Made by a program: the position numbers and the translations under genes. Shown here one piece after another: positions 50,629 through 63,000 of a stretch of DNA of 64,000 nt. The notes beneath the pieces were generated by a model that was given only the letters and a program-made list of their open reading frames with translations, was not told the DNA's origin and ran no database searches. Source of the stretch: Takakia lepidozioides. Taxonomy: Eukaryota; Plantae; Bryophyta. The DNA lies in NCBI GenBank assembly GCA_030704615.1, contig CM060733.1, positions 1,550,001 through 1,614,000 on the forward strand, given 5' to 3'. Each line of letters begins with the position of its first letter. Within the stretch, counting starts at the first letter, position 1.

Positions 50629-53600
50629 TCACAAAATCAGGACATGTGCAATTGGGGAAATTGGAAACCGTGATGTCGTAGGTCCTGTCATGAACAGCAG
50701 ATGTGGAAGTGATGATTGTGAATACCCGACCATATCCTGGATCGGGTACTTCCGTGGTCTTCCAACACGAGCTTGGAGCATTCTTGCGGACTCCACTTTG
50801 CCAAAGTGTTCAGCGGTTGGAGGGAAACGCCGAACGAGCTTTCCATCTCGTTTTTGGCCACAAGTCAGGATTTGCCGGGGGACCCGGGAGGACGCAGAAG
50901 TAGTAGCACATGCATGGAGTTGGGGTTGTCTCGCAAGGGAAAAACCTACCTCCTCCAGCATTTCAATCTCCTGAAAGCTGAGATGTGTTCCCACCTTCAC
51001 GGGCCAAACGGTTGGAGGAGTTGGCTTCATCACTACGAAGGACGCACAGTTCCATGCACACATCTGGCACAATCATCTGCGCAGAACCAGAACTTGTGGT
51101 TCTTGGCTTCTGGTTGACCGTATGGCGCATCAAGCCGTGAAAGTTGGAGCAGGAGTTCGGGCACCACCTCTGGATATAGATGAAGTGCACTTCTCGAAAT
51201 TAGTTGCCCTGATATCGCTGTACATTTCACACGAGACCCTACACTTGTGCGTTCTATGTGCCAAACGTGGTCGGGGCATGCGGACTCAAGCACATCAAGG
51301 GTGTTTCTTCCTCCTGCACCATTTCAGTGGCACTGTTTGATGCTGGAGCTTGCCGTCGTGTTGGAGTTCCTCCACAATAGAGGTTCCGGACATGGAGCTG
51401 TCATGCAGGGGAACACGAGGCTTCGAGAAGTTATCACGGTCTGCCCTGTGGGAATCTGAATCCGAACCAGGGGAGTGTTCAATTTCCTCTTACAGGAGCC
51501 GAATCTCTCCTCCTCTTCAAGATGTGGAACTCTAGAAACAAGTGGCGTTCCCTGGGCATACATGCTCACCGCCCGTGCTATCTTGATTGGATCCCCAGAT
51601 CTGTTTGCAGCACGCAACATCAACTCCCATTTGTCCGGACCCTTGCCACCAACCCCACCTCGTAAGAAATCACGGTATCGGGTTTGTTGTTGCAAGGCAC
51701 GTATCAAATCATCTGTTGTTGCCACATACAAATCCCGACCTCGTTTCCCAGACTGCTGCAACCATGCGTTGTGCACAGTTTCTGCCAAATTGCAAGATGG
51801 CATGTCCGCCATTTCCTCAATGGACATGTTCTGCAAAGAGGATAACCACACTTCAGAACAGTGCACAGGAAACAACATAAAGAAAGCAATGAGTCAAAAA
51901 ATATGGAAGCAAATGTATGAATAAAGCATGAAATAGAAGCCTCGTACCATTGTCATGGCTGCTCCCCACTGTCTATACCGGAAGTGCCAAAACGCCAGCC
52001 AATCTTCAATGCTCTCATACTCTCAAGTGATGCAGCTCCAGAAGAGAACCACCATGCACGAATTGTCTGGAACAAAGTGTCCGCCTCCTTCATTGTTCTA
52101 GCATCTTTGTACTCTTTGCACAATTTACGGTGCTGAGTCTGCATCTCTGGTTTGATGTCCGACTTTGTATGTTTTTCCAGAGATTGTGTCCAATGGAATA
52201 GACATGTACGCTCTCTTCCTGGCATAGGCACTTTTGGGTCGCCCGATCCGAAGACAATACGAACAGCATTGAAATTTGCTTGAGCACTATCCGCCATGAA
52301 ACCTGCGAAATTTGGAGATGGCAGCCCATGGCAGCCCATGACACGTATCAGGGAATTCCACATGAGCTTCTGGGATTCCGTATCCTCGGATTGCATGTCA
52401 CAAACTGCAATTGTCATAACTCGTTGGTACACTGGATCGTAGACATGACAAGCCATTGTCGTCCAATCCTTCACTCGTTTCACATGATCAAACATAAGAA
52501 AACAGTTCTGCAAGTCCCCAGTCTTCTGCATCCGCTTCACGAGGCTAACCCACTGCCCTCCCAACAGTCGACATTTGAAAAGAAAAACTTTGATGGCACC
52601 TACCTGGGAATACATTGTCCTGGATGTAATCGTACTTGCTCACGTCGTTTCAATTCCAAAATATTGTCTATGTAGCCTCTGATCCCAGAGCCATTCTCAA
52701 TGCATTGACTGATGCCGAATGTTAGGTGAACTTAAAGTGGAGAAATGATCCATGACCAGGTCCAATGCTGCACCGTCAAGTTTAGTCCCCACAGAATCTC
52801 CTTCACTCAAAATATGCTTTCCAAGAAGGACTTGCTTGCGCCAAGAGCAATTGCAGATGTTGTTGCGGATGGGTTTCTCCGAACTCATGTTTGATCAACC
52901 TCGATACTGTCTCAACACTCTCCCTGTAACCCCCTTCGAGACAGGATGGTTATGGAATCCAAAATGCACACAAACTCTCGTCATTGTATTCAAACGGTGG
53001 ACAACATAGTACATTCTTGCTCCGCAGAGCGCCAAACAGGATGGCACAAGTTTTGCAGAATTTGCAGACGAAAGTGTTTGCCGGTGGAGGGGCCAGTCCC
53101 AGGCTGAAATGGATTTTCCGCCAGACCCTCCCATTCGCTTTGATTATGAACCCCAGACTGAAGAAAGTGGTCTGCCATTCAAATTATCACACCTAAGGTG
53201 TCCATTGCAAACTGTCATCCTGAAAACAAGCTTGTCATCATTCTGAATATTGGATGTTTTTGTTTCTGCACCACGGGCCCGTCGTGTTTCTTGTCCGTTC
53301 CATGCATCATGATTGTTACACCTCCAACTCGCGGAGGAGGAGGTAGCTCGAATAGGATATCGCCATCAAAAAGTCTCCGGCAAGAACTTCACAGGCACCT
53401 GCTTCAAAAGATTCCCAATCAATTCCCCGCAACTCACTTTTGAATCCAGCCATTCCTCCCATCGCCCGCAATTTTGGAATGACACTACAAATCTCTTCTT
53501 CATCAGCTTCTCCAACCACAGTATGGAAGGACTGGATTTGGAATTTCACTTATGTCATCATCAGAAGAATCCGAAAGCTCAACGATTGGAGTGGAGGACG

Positions 53601-53925
53601 TCTGTTCTTTTTTCACCACCACCTCCCTCTTGTCTTCAACGACCGAAGCAGCAGTCCCGGGCGTCACATATGACCCAAGGGACTTTCGTCGAGGCTCTCC
53701 AAGTACTCTGTATCGACCAGGACGCACTCTCCACTGGCTGATATGAGCCCGTCTCATCACGGTTTTGGAAAGAATATTTCACCAACTTTCCTTTAAGATC
53801 GTACACCTCTTTCTCCAAAAAGATGGAGCCATTCTGCAGCTGAAAACGGGTAGCCAAGACATGTCCAGAACAATTGCAAATCCATTGTCAAGGACTTCCT
53901 GGGAGAACGGCACTGGTTTTGTCGT
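50629..53925 (-). pseudogene. Mutator-like (MULE) transposase with WRKY/GCM1-like N-terminal zinc domain, degenerate
   Basis: CLALCGARMYY..VHFGFHNHPV; FLMFDHVKRV..FMADSAQANFNAVRIVFG..RTCLFHWTQSL (first two Asp and CxxH); intron about 51947-51834; NLAETVHN (catalytic Glu). Multiple frameshifts. Confidence 0.85.
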
Positions 53926-54814
53926 CAGAGAAGAACTCCGCTTCAGAGGAAGCCATCTTCCTTCCTCGCGTACGTTTGTACCTTGCTATCGGCAGATCTA
54001 GTGTAAATCGGTTTACTGCTGTCTCCAGAACACAGTTGAAGAAAGAGCAGAGAATATGGCGGAGGAAGCTCAGATAACGACTGTGCATATTTATGTTATT
54101 CTTTCCAGATATGCAGCCGTCCATTTTAATTACTTTTCTTGTGGGCCCAGTGGTCAGAGTATCCCTAGGTGCAGTGTCGGCAGCTGTAAAACCGTTAACC
54201 AGAACCTCATCAATAAACCCCAACAACAAAGCCGACTTCCTGGAAGCATGCCACAGGATCTGAGAATGGGATTGCAGATTAAGTAAATGTATCTTTATAC
54301 TACTACCAATGATCATGCGCACCTGGAAAGTTCAAAATGTGAAACGAACGTGGGGTTGGCTAACAAGGATGACCGTGATATAATATCCCAAAATTTGTCA
54401 TCAAACTCTCGTTCATTTACATATATTTGTCTAAGACTGTGCGCCAAGATTTCTTGGATTCGCTGTTATTTTTAATATATGAAACCGTTCTAATAAAGAA
54501 CACGCCGTTTTTTTGGGCGACACACGTCAGACATCCATAACTGAATACGAACAGCTGTACACCAATTGCTGGCATGTGCACTAATAAGGGAACGACTATG
54601 TGTAACGGTCACGCGGGAGGGAATCCGATGCTTCTAGAGACACGCAAGAACGCAGGCAATCCCGCAAGAAATCGGGAGTCACTGCGTTTTTCTACTTTTC
54701 GCGCTTAGAGGGAGAGTGGTAGTCAAGCTGGAGAGGGTTCCTTCTTGAATACGAAGAGAAGAAAAGTCTCTTTATTTTACTTCCCTTAGAGAGAGACGCA
54801 GAGCAAGAGAGAAA

Positions 54815-57800
54815 ATGACGAGGCGTCGTTTGTTGGAGAACACAGGGCCAAGGCAGCAGGTGAACGCGGAGACTGATTCACAAGAGCAGACGGAGACTGA
54901 GGCAGCGGCTGTGACACAGTCGGCGATAAGAGTGCGCCAGCCTGTGGAGGCAGAGATGATTCGCAGGGACACTGAAGAAGGTGGAAGCACGCGGAACGCC
55001 GAAACGGGAGAAGGTCAAGAAACCCTAGCGCAGACAGAAATTCCAGCAGATGTGAGAGGGAAGAGGAAAGCTGCAGAAGGGGATCAAATTTCAAAACCTA
55101 AGAAGGTGCCAGTAAGTTTTATCTAACTTACATTTCATTGTTGAAGATATGCGTAGAGATTGAGTGGAATGTCCCAGACATGGATTGTCGCTACGACAAT
55201 CACAAAGGTGATTTGCTTTCTACTCCTCGCGAAGGGTTTACAGCACAATGAGTTGGTGACTATCGGTACAGTCATTCACTGGTGTTCAGATCATACAGTC
55301 TGTCTGATTGCCTTCAAGGAGTCCTTCCTCTTCCCTTCTTTAGCAGGAACTACTGAATTGCGAGCGTCATTAACGCCATTCGATTCTCCTCATGAGATTT
55401 ATGTACCTATGTGTTTGAGAGAGAGTCGGCACTTACTATCCGCCCTAAACTACATTGAATGTCGTTGCCGCCAATCAGTTGCACATGTATGTCATTACAC
55501 AACACCGATCCGACAGGTCGTTATCTGTTGTGATTGTCGTAAACGCCGTTCGCTATCGCTCTCGCTTTTGTTTTGAATACGGCAGTCTCAGCTTTGCTTG
55601 TGTAGATTGTGCTGAATTCTGTCACACCATTCATGGTGAGTTTCTTTGAGACAGAGTGATGGTCGTTACCGCCATTCACTATTTGCAAATCACTCAGTCA
55701 GAACTGAATGGCATCGTGCAGAAAACTGTGAGGTCGAAGCCTACAGGATCAGAGGGAAAGGATCTGGAGATGGGGACGAGTCCGCAAAAAGCTCAGAGAA
55801 TACAGATGAAGCAGATGAATCCGAAGTGCACTACCTTGACAAGGTGAAAAGAACTCATGTCATTCCAGAAGGTAAACTCTCAGGAGGTTATAAGGGACAT
55901 GCTCGTATCTGGAGGGCGTCTGGACATACCTCTGTGCCGGATGATATCAATGCCTGTTGTGCGTCCACCTCTTTCCCATGACATAACAAAATTGGAGAGT
56001 GATTTTGTGCATGGATATAGACTTGGTGCACAAGTTTTTTATGTGTCACTGACGGATATAAATGGGAAAAGCACATTAGTGTCTCCAGAGGTCAGTGATA
56101 ACTGGGATGAGTGCTGGAAAGATGCCAATGAGGAGTTCGAGCTGGGCCTCATGATGGGAAAGAACACCCAGCAATTTTGCAACCACATGTTCTACGTCTG
56201 GGATGGCAACCATCGATTGCTGGCATGGATGGGATACATTCAGAAACACCATTCGAAAGACAAAGACAAGCATGTTGTGTGGAGGCAATGGTTTTGGATC
56301 CTGGAAACGACATCGCTAGGCTTCTTACAGCTATGCACGACGTGAACAAGTAAGTCATCCAGGAGATTTCATTCCCTCTGTAGTGTCTTATTAATTCTCA
56401 AAAAACAGTGTTAAGGAATGCAATGTTTCCAATGTTTTTGCAGATCGACAGAGAAATCGCATGTGACAACAAGCTTGGTTCACACACTATTCCGAATTCA
56501 GAGGATTGGTCTGATGAAGCTGGATGATTTTCGGACAGTACTACCACCCAATATCATCAAGAAGTGAGAAACAAAGAGCTGCAGGCACTTTATTCTTTTG
56601 ACACGAGAGGCGTTTCTGGAGTACATGTATGCGGTAGCCCGAGTCTGTACTCTGTTTTACTTTTCGAATACATGTTTGTAGTCCCTTCGGAGCTAATCAC
56701 TACTTGAATGAATGCAGCAAGAACTGGCAGAGGCAGCTGAGAAGGGAAATCCGAATATTACCGCACTACACCAGAAAACTAAGGACATCAAAGGGTGTGG
56801 AAGCTTGCAATAAAGAAGGAGTTTGAAATGCGAAGAACCAAATTGATGTCAGCCTTCGGAAAGCAGCTTAGAATAGTAGATCCTGGACTTGTTCTGAGTT
56901 CCTTCAGCAGATCAAAACACACTATGACAAGCATGTGCATCGAGATGCAGCAGGAGAAATTGCACCGGCTGGCCATATCGATGGTCGACCCACAAACAAA
57001 AATAAGGTGGCTGGAGATATGGAACTCAGATCAACAGTAAAGGACTTGAATCAGTTCCCAAAGAGCACCATACAGCCTGGCACAAAGGTGGAAGGAATCA
57101 GTGATTTGGTGTTTGATAACTGGCTCCACAAGGCTACATTTTGGAGTCAGGTGTGTATTCGAACATGTTGTTTTCTTCTCTTCAAGTATGTGATGACTAT
57201 CTCTTTTGCAATTCTAACAAATATACTATTTGCAGCTCGAAAAGCGCGCCGTCATTGTGCTGGATCAGACTTTGAAGGACCTGAACATTTCGATTGTTTC
57301 CCCTCCCCAAATGTCATTGGAGGCATACATAAGGAAGTGGAGAGGTCTCACCTGGAGATACTGTTTTTTCCGGGAGTTCTCCAAAGATGGTAACATTTTA
57401 CGGTCCAACGACTTTGACAGTCAGGTTGGAGGAGAGTGGGCCATGATGCGAGTTGTGTACAGGTGCAATGTCATACTTGAAACTCTACTGTTTTTTTTGG
57501 GAAAAAATGTGGCTTCATATGGATTGCAATCTTAGATCCAGATTGTATGTCGTTGACGACATTCACTTCTTTGTCTGAGTCATTCTTAAGCGAGTATATG
57601 AATTCACCTGGTTAGGATCTAAGGGTGCAATTATATTGTCCCTGATTAGAATTGATAATGTCCTTGAATGGCGTTGAATGGCATTCACCTACGGAGTTGT
57701 TGAGAGGTCCTCAGAGTTATGTAAATTTTTGTAATGTCCATAGAGGTTACAGTGAGGGTTCCTCACTTCATTTTGCTGAATGTCAATGCAGACATTCAGT

Positions 57801-59232
57801 TGTTCTGCATTGTTTTGCCTCTTGCGAGGAATCTGGAGGCTTGATAAGCTCTGTTATGAGAAATCCAAAGTGAATGTCGTTGACGACATTCACTGCTGTG
57901 TCTGTATTTCAACAGCGACAAATTGAATTTACATGGATTGGGAGCTAAGCAATTGGTTTCTTTTTGGTATTTTTGTGAATGGCGTTGACGCCATTCACAT
58001 ACAGTGATGTTGTGAGGTCCTCAGTGATATGTTCGTTATGAATGTGCATTGAGTTTTCCTGGTGGGTTCCTTACTCGATTTTTTGCTTTCCATCCTGTGA
58101 TTTTGCTTCATTTAAGTAATAATGGCTTCATTAGTGAATGTCGTTGACGACATTCACTTCTATGTCTGTGTCATTCCTAAACGATAATTTGCATTCACCT
58201 GGATTGGGGTGTATTTACAATATCATTGAATGGAATGTTCTGAATGACGTTGACGACATCATATCTGGAGCAGTAGTGTGGTCCTGAAAGGTCCTTGGAG
58301 CAGTTCTCAGAGCCATTTCAATCTATGTTTTTTTCATTTTGTTCTACTTGCATCTTACTCACTGAGCCCTTTTGTGGGTTGGGATTTATCTCCTTTTTTT
58401 CAGGTACAACGAAAATATGTGCTTATGGAAGGAAATCACCTGAGCGGAATTCCCGACTATCTTGACATGTGGTCGGACCTGCAACAATCCAACCATGTAT
58501 ACTGCAGGGATATTGAAGGACTGGAGTCCTTCTCACTTCAGAGACTGTGGCTGGTACCTTGACTGCCCACCGGAGCACACGACCTTTCAAGAACAGCATA
58601 TGAAATACTTGAACAATAACGCTGAGATGCTGGCGCCTTTGACTGACAAAGAGTATCAACGAAACAGCAACGTTGGCTGCCAAGGAGCCTGATGCTCAGG
58701 GAACGCCGCAAAAGGGAAAGAAAGCGGGCCGCAAACCAAAAGACAAGGCTGTTGATGTCATAGCCATCTCACCAGCAAAGCCAAAGGACAAAGACAAGTC
58801 CAAAGAGAAGGAAAAGGACAAGGGGAAGGAGAATGAAAAGGAGATGGAGAGTGGGCAGGACTTTACTGCTGGAAGATATACCCGCACTCTTCAGTGCGTG
58901 TTCGATGCCAAGCCACACCCTTCCCGTTCTGATTCCGCAGGAGAGATGAAAATTGTTAATGAGGGTTGGCTTTCGATGATGCAGAGTCGAAAGAGAGGAT
59001 ACACTGGGGTGCCATCCCCTACCTGGGACAATATAATCTCATTCCTCAATCTGGTGAGAATTCCAGTTTCTTTCCTTTTTCTCTGAAAGTTTCGTTGGCA
59101 GTATTTCAGTCTCGTTCTTTGAAAACAATCTTGCCATCGTTCTTATAAAAAACATGTCTGTTGCAGGTGAGCACAGGTCCCACCTTCGTGTGCGGTGTGC
59201 AGAAAACTTATGCGGCCGACATTGTGGCATTT
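54815..59232 (+). pseudogene. Multi-exon ParB/Srx-like-domain gene, homologous at its 3' end to the MTase-like gene at 46265, truncated at the start of the MTase domain
   Basis: GT-AG introns at 55112-, 56350-56443, 57151-57236, 57463-58403 and 59054-59166. VVRPP..DI.KL..DF..GY..FYVWDGNHRLLAW (DGNHR 56202-56216). MMQSRKRGYTGVPSPTWDNIISFL|..YAADIV matches MMESKKSDYKGEPSPVWERIVQFL|..YAAELI. Confidence 0.72.
57543..58262. repeat. Six 24-bp palindromes GTGAATG(T/G)CGT-TG-ACG(A/C)CATTCAC in three diverged tandem units within an intron
   Basis: Perfect copies at 57870-57893, 57975-57998 and 58134-58157. Degenerate copies at about 57543, 57664 and 58240. Confidence 0.9.
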
Positions 59233-59239
59233 TTTCCTG

Positions 59240-59525
59240 AATTCATGAATTTTTTCCTTTGTACAACATCCATTGTACATTCATCCTCTGTACTCTTTAA
59301 TCCACCCCACAAACCTTCCACACTCATTTCATATACGAGGTGCATTCGTCAAAAGATTTGGTCATGCATCTTCCTGTCATGAATTTTTGTCATTGCTCAA
59401 CATCCATTATACATTCATCCATTTTACTCTTATCCATCCCTCATTCATCCATCTACATTCATTTTTCACACTCATCCATCTGTTTATCATCCAACTGTAC
59501 ATTCATCCATCCTTTATTCAATGCC
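59240..59525 (+). repeat. Low-complexity (TCAT/CATC)-rich tract
   Basis: Repeated TTCATCC and CATTCAT units. Confidence 0.75.
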
Positions 59526-59715
59526 TTTTATTATGTCGTCCAGCTTGTTTCCGCGGTAAAGGGTGCCAATCCGCGGGAATACACTCCACTTCTTTCTGGG
59601 CGGTGGTGACGCGGCCTTCACGTGTGATGACGTGGAGTGAGCCCCGTGACGTGCATTTGCGCAAGGTGACGTGGCGTGAGCGCAGTTGCGCTCACGCGCT
59701 CACGCCGAGGCATCC

Positions 59716-60084
59716 CTGCGAGCGGACTTGCTTGACCAGACTGAGGTCGCAGCAGACTGGCGCACGTAAGTCTTGCATCGGGACTGCTTGCGAACAGTCC
59801 CTCCGGCGGACTCGCTTGCGAGTGGACTTGCTCGACCAGACTGAGGTCGCAGCAGACTGGCGCACGTGAGTCTTGCAGCGGACTGCTTGCGAACAGTCCC
59901 CTCCGGCGGACTCGCCTGCGAGTGGACTTGCTCGACCAGACTGAGGTCGCAGCAGACTGGCGCACGTGAGTCTTTGCAGCAGTCTGCTTGCAAACAGTCC
60001 CCTCCGGTGGACCTGCCTGCCAGCGGACTTGCTGGACCACACTGAGGTCGCAGCAGACTGGCGCACGTAACTCTTGCAGCGGAC
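59716..60084 (+). repeat. About 100-bp GC-rich tandem repeat, about 3.6 copies, cut by a CACTA insertion
   Basis: GACCA(G/C)ACTGAGGTCGCAGCAGACTGGCGCACGT at about 59734, 59834, 59934 and 60035. A related single unit lies at 49770-49875. Confidence 0.93.
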
Positions 60085-63000
60085 CACTACAACAAATTGC
60101 GGCTTTTACGTCTCTGTGTTATGACTGTCAAATGCAGTCATGGAAGCCATTTACGACTTCCTGACTCTGAAGACGTAAAGCCCTAGTCAGTTGTGACATG
60201 GCAGATATGACTCTCCAGGCTGGCTGTGATGTGGCGCCAGAGCAGCTATGGGGGTAGTCAAACACGCCGGCATTACTGAATGACTGAACGGACAGTGTAG
60301 TCCATGTCAGCCGCGGTGTAAGACAGACATGTGGTGGCTACAGAACATGCCACGTGTCAGACTGCGACGCTATCCCTGACTGCCAGCTATGACAGCGGAC
60401 GAGGGAATTAAACGACAGCACGTGTCGCGTCATAGAAGAAACGCGTGGTGCGACCTATCATTGCCACGTGTCACTGTGGGGGATGGGGCTTCGCAGTCAC
60501 ATGTATGTCTTGATGGGGGGAAATTTGGGGTCAACACGTGGCAGCATCTGGGGACACCACGTGCCACGTTCGTGTGTGCCCACGTGCTGGACTTTCGGGA
60601 GCTGCGGTGGATTCTTGCCAGTCATACCTACGACTGGCGCAGTACGGTATATTCCATTAACAGGGGATTCCATGAGGACGTTGTAGTCCCAGGTGGTGCC
60701 ACGTGCACGATCCTCTAAACCTCACATGCTGCTTTGTAGACATACATTTAACTGGACGTTTTGCATATGGAGTCAAAGGACCAACTGCGCGGGGACCTTA
60801 GGGGGTCACATGTTGGAATGTAATATGCTCATACACGTATCATATTGGGTTCGGTACTCATGTATACAACAAGACTTTAGGCACAAAATGGCACAGAATG
60901 GCACAGACGTAATTCTGAAAGAGCACAAATAGCAGCAACATCACCATCCAGCATCACCATTATCAACCACATTCTCCCAGCCGCAACATAACCAACCATA
61001 GTGTGTGCAATGGGGACATACCACCTACCACCACATTGCTCATTAATGAGGCATAAGTTTGCAACAACATGCATGAGGAAATCCAACATGTGATTGCTAT
61101 CAAAATTGGACAGTCAATTCAGAGAATCTGTCACTACTATAAGTTACCGTAGTTGCCAAATCCGGATGAGGCAGAGGTGGAAATCCCCACGAAATCCACA
61201 ATGCTAGCCGACCTGCCTCATCTCTTTGTCTGCAAGGTCTTCACTAGTTTGTCACTCCACACAATAATGTAACCTACAGTGTCTCCCAACTCAGTGTGAT
61301 GAGGCTTCATGGATTTGTTGTGATATGGTAGAGGGGCATTGGGAATGCGGACATCATCAATGTGGATGGCCACATAGCCTTCTGGCACGACAGGGTACCC
61401 TTCACTCACCTCCATCCCTTGGAGACCAGCAATGCGGCCAGATCCGGCTGTTGATCGCGAAACAGTGTCTATGAGCTTGACATGGTCTCCCACCACGAAC
61501 TGCCATCCCACCCCAAACATGGCAGATTGCATGAGAATTATGGAACAGGGATCGTGGAACGTATTGTGTCTACAAGGTCTACAATGAGCTAATAACAATT
61601 TGTCTATCCAAGTAAGGGAAGGGGAGAATAGCAGATGCATAGACTCACCCCATTCTGCGAATCAGGGATCAGTGGTGTCGGCTTCCTGAAAGGGTGAAGG
61701 TGTGCTGCCCTTTGACTTGGGGGGCCTCGTTCATGGCCAAGCACCTACAACCAACCAACAAGCACCAAAAATGTATATTATCTACACTGCGAACTCAAAT
61801 TACACTAACACAATAAGATGCACCCAAACTATCAATGCCTACAGTTCACATTGCGACAGTAATTTGACAAACTCTATCACAACATTGATTACTGCCACAA
61901 CTTAAGCACAAATGAGGCTGGCAATGGCACAAGGGAGTCACACAAAAATGCCTCTAATGTCTGGCAGTGTGTACCACACTACAAAGTATGTTACCTGGCG
62001 AGGCTGAATGGCTCGAGGGCTGATAGCTTGTTGCCCAAATGTGGGTTTCCCTTTGAGATATTCTGGAATGCTCAGAGCCTTAGCTGCCCCCTCCAAGAAG
62101 GGCCATAAGCTGGTCAGAAGAAAATTATCATTGTGCGCCTCTACAGAACAACTTCTCCAAGGCAGTGGGAAAATTGCATTGTATGCTGGATTGTTCGACC
62201 CCTTGTGCGGTGTGTCGTCAACAAGAAGAGTGGTTTTAGGATTCCAGTCATAGTTGCCCCGCCACACTGTAGATAGGTTCTTCAAAAACCGTGGTTTCAT
62301 GGGCAGGCTCCCATCCATGTCAGAGGACTGCTCACAATATCCTCCATCCCACTTGAATGCAAGGTCACCGTGCCCATGGAAAAGCCAGTCCACTGTGGGT
62401 AGGAAGTTACGTGGTTGCATACAAGACCATGCTGCCACTTCAAAGTGTTCAAAACACTTGTCCAAAAAAGCTTTGCAACCAGGCCTTACAACGACCATCT
62501 TGCTACCACATAATTTGTGCTCAAGGCCATTTGGAACCACAAACGCATTACCGCTCCCGACATGGACGCACTCACACAGCAGGCCATTAATATCTAGGAT
62601 GAGCAAATGCTTGCCCTTCTCCACTGTTGTGTGCACGACATTCTTCTTCATGAATTGAAGGTTGGGAGTGGAAGTGACAACCGTGGGTTGTTGGGTAATA
62701 TCTGCCCGCGGGGAAACAAGGTCAATGTCCAGGGTTGTCTCAGATGTCCCCACCGCGATAGCAGCAGGCCGGAGTTCTGCAGGCGCCTCCACTACCGCAC
62801 AGTGTGACAGAACTGCACGAGGACGCGTAAGTTCCTTGGTAGGGGTGTCCTCCCCTCCACCTGGGCCAACATGCTCCACCTGCACATCATCCTCGAATGC
62901 ATCAACTGGAGTGACGTTACCTGGTGACATGCCAGGCAAGTCAAACCTGTCCTCCAGACGTCTTGAGGCTGAAGGGCCAGTGATGCATGAGCTATTTGCT

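Noticed and set aside
57543-58262. CRISPR-like array
   Set aside because: Spacers are 80-180 bp and homologous to each other (diverged tandem units). The context is a eukaryotic intron and no cas genes are present.
59273-60087. ORFs over low-complexity and tandem repeats
   Set aside because: Translations only mirror the repeat periodicity.
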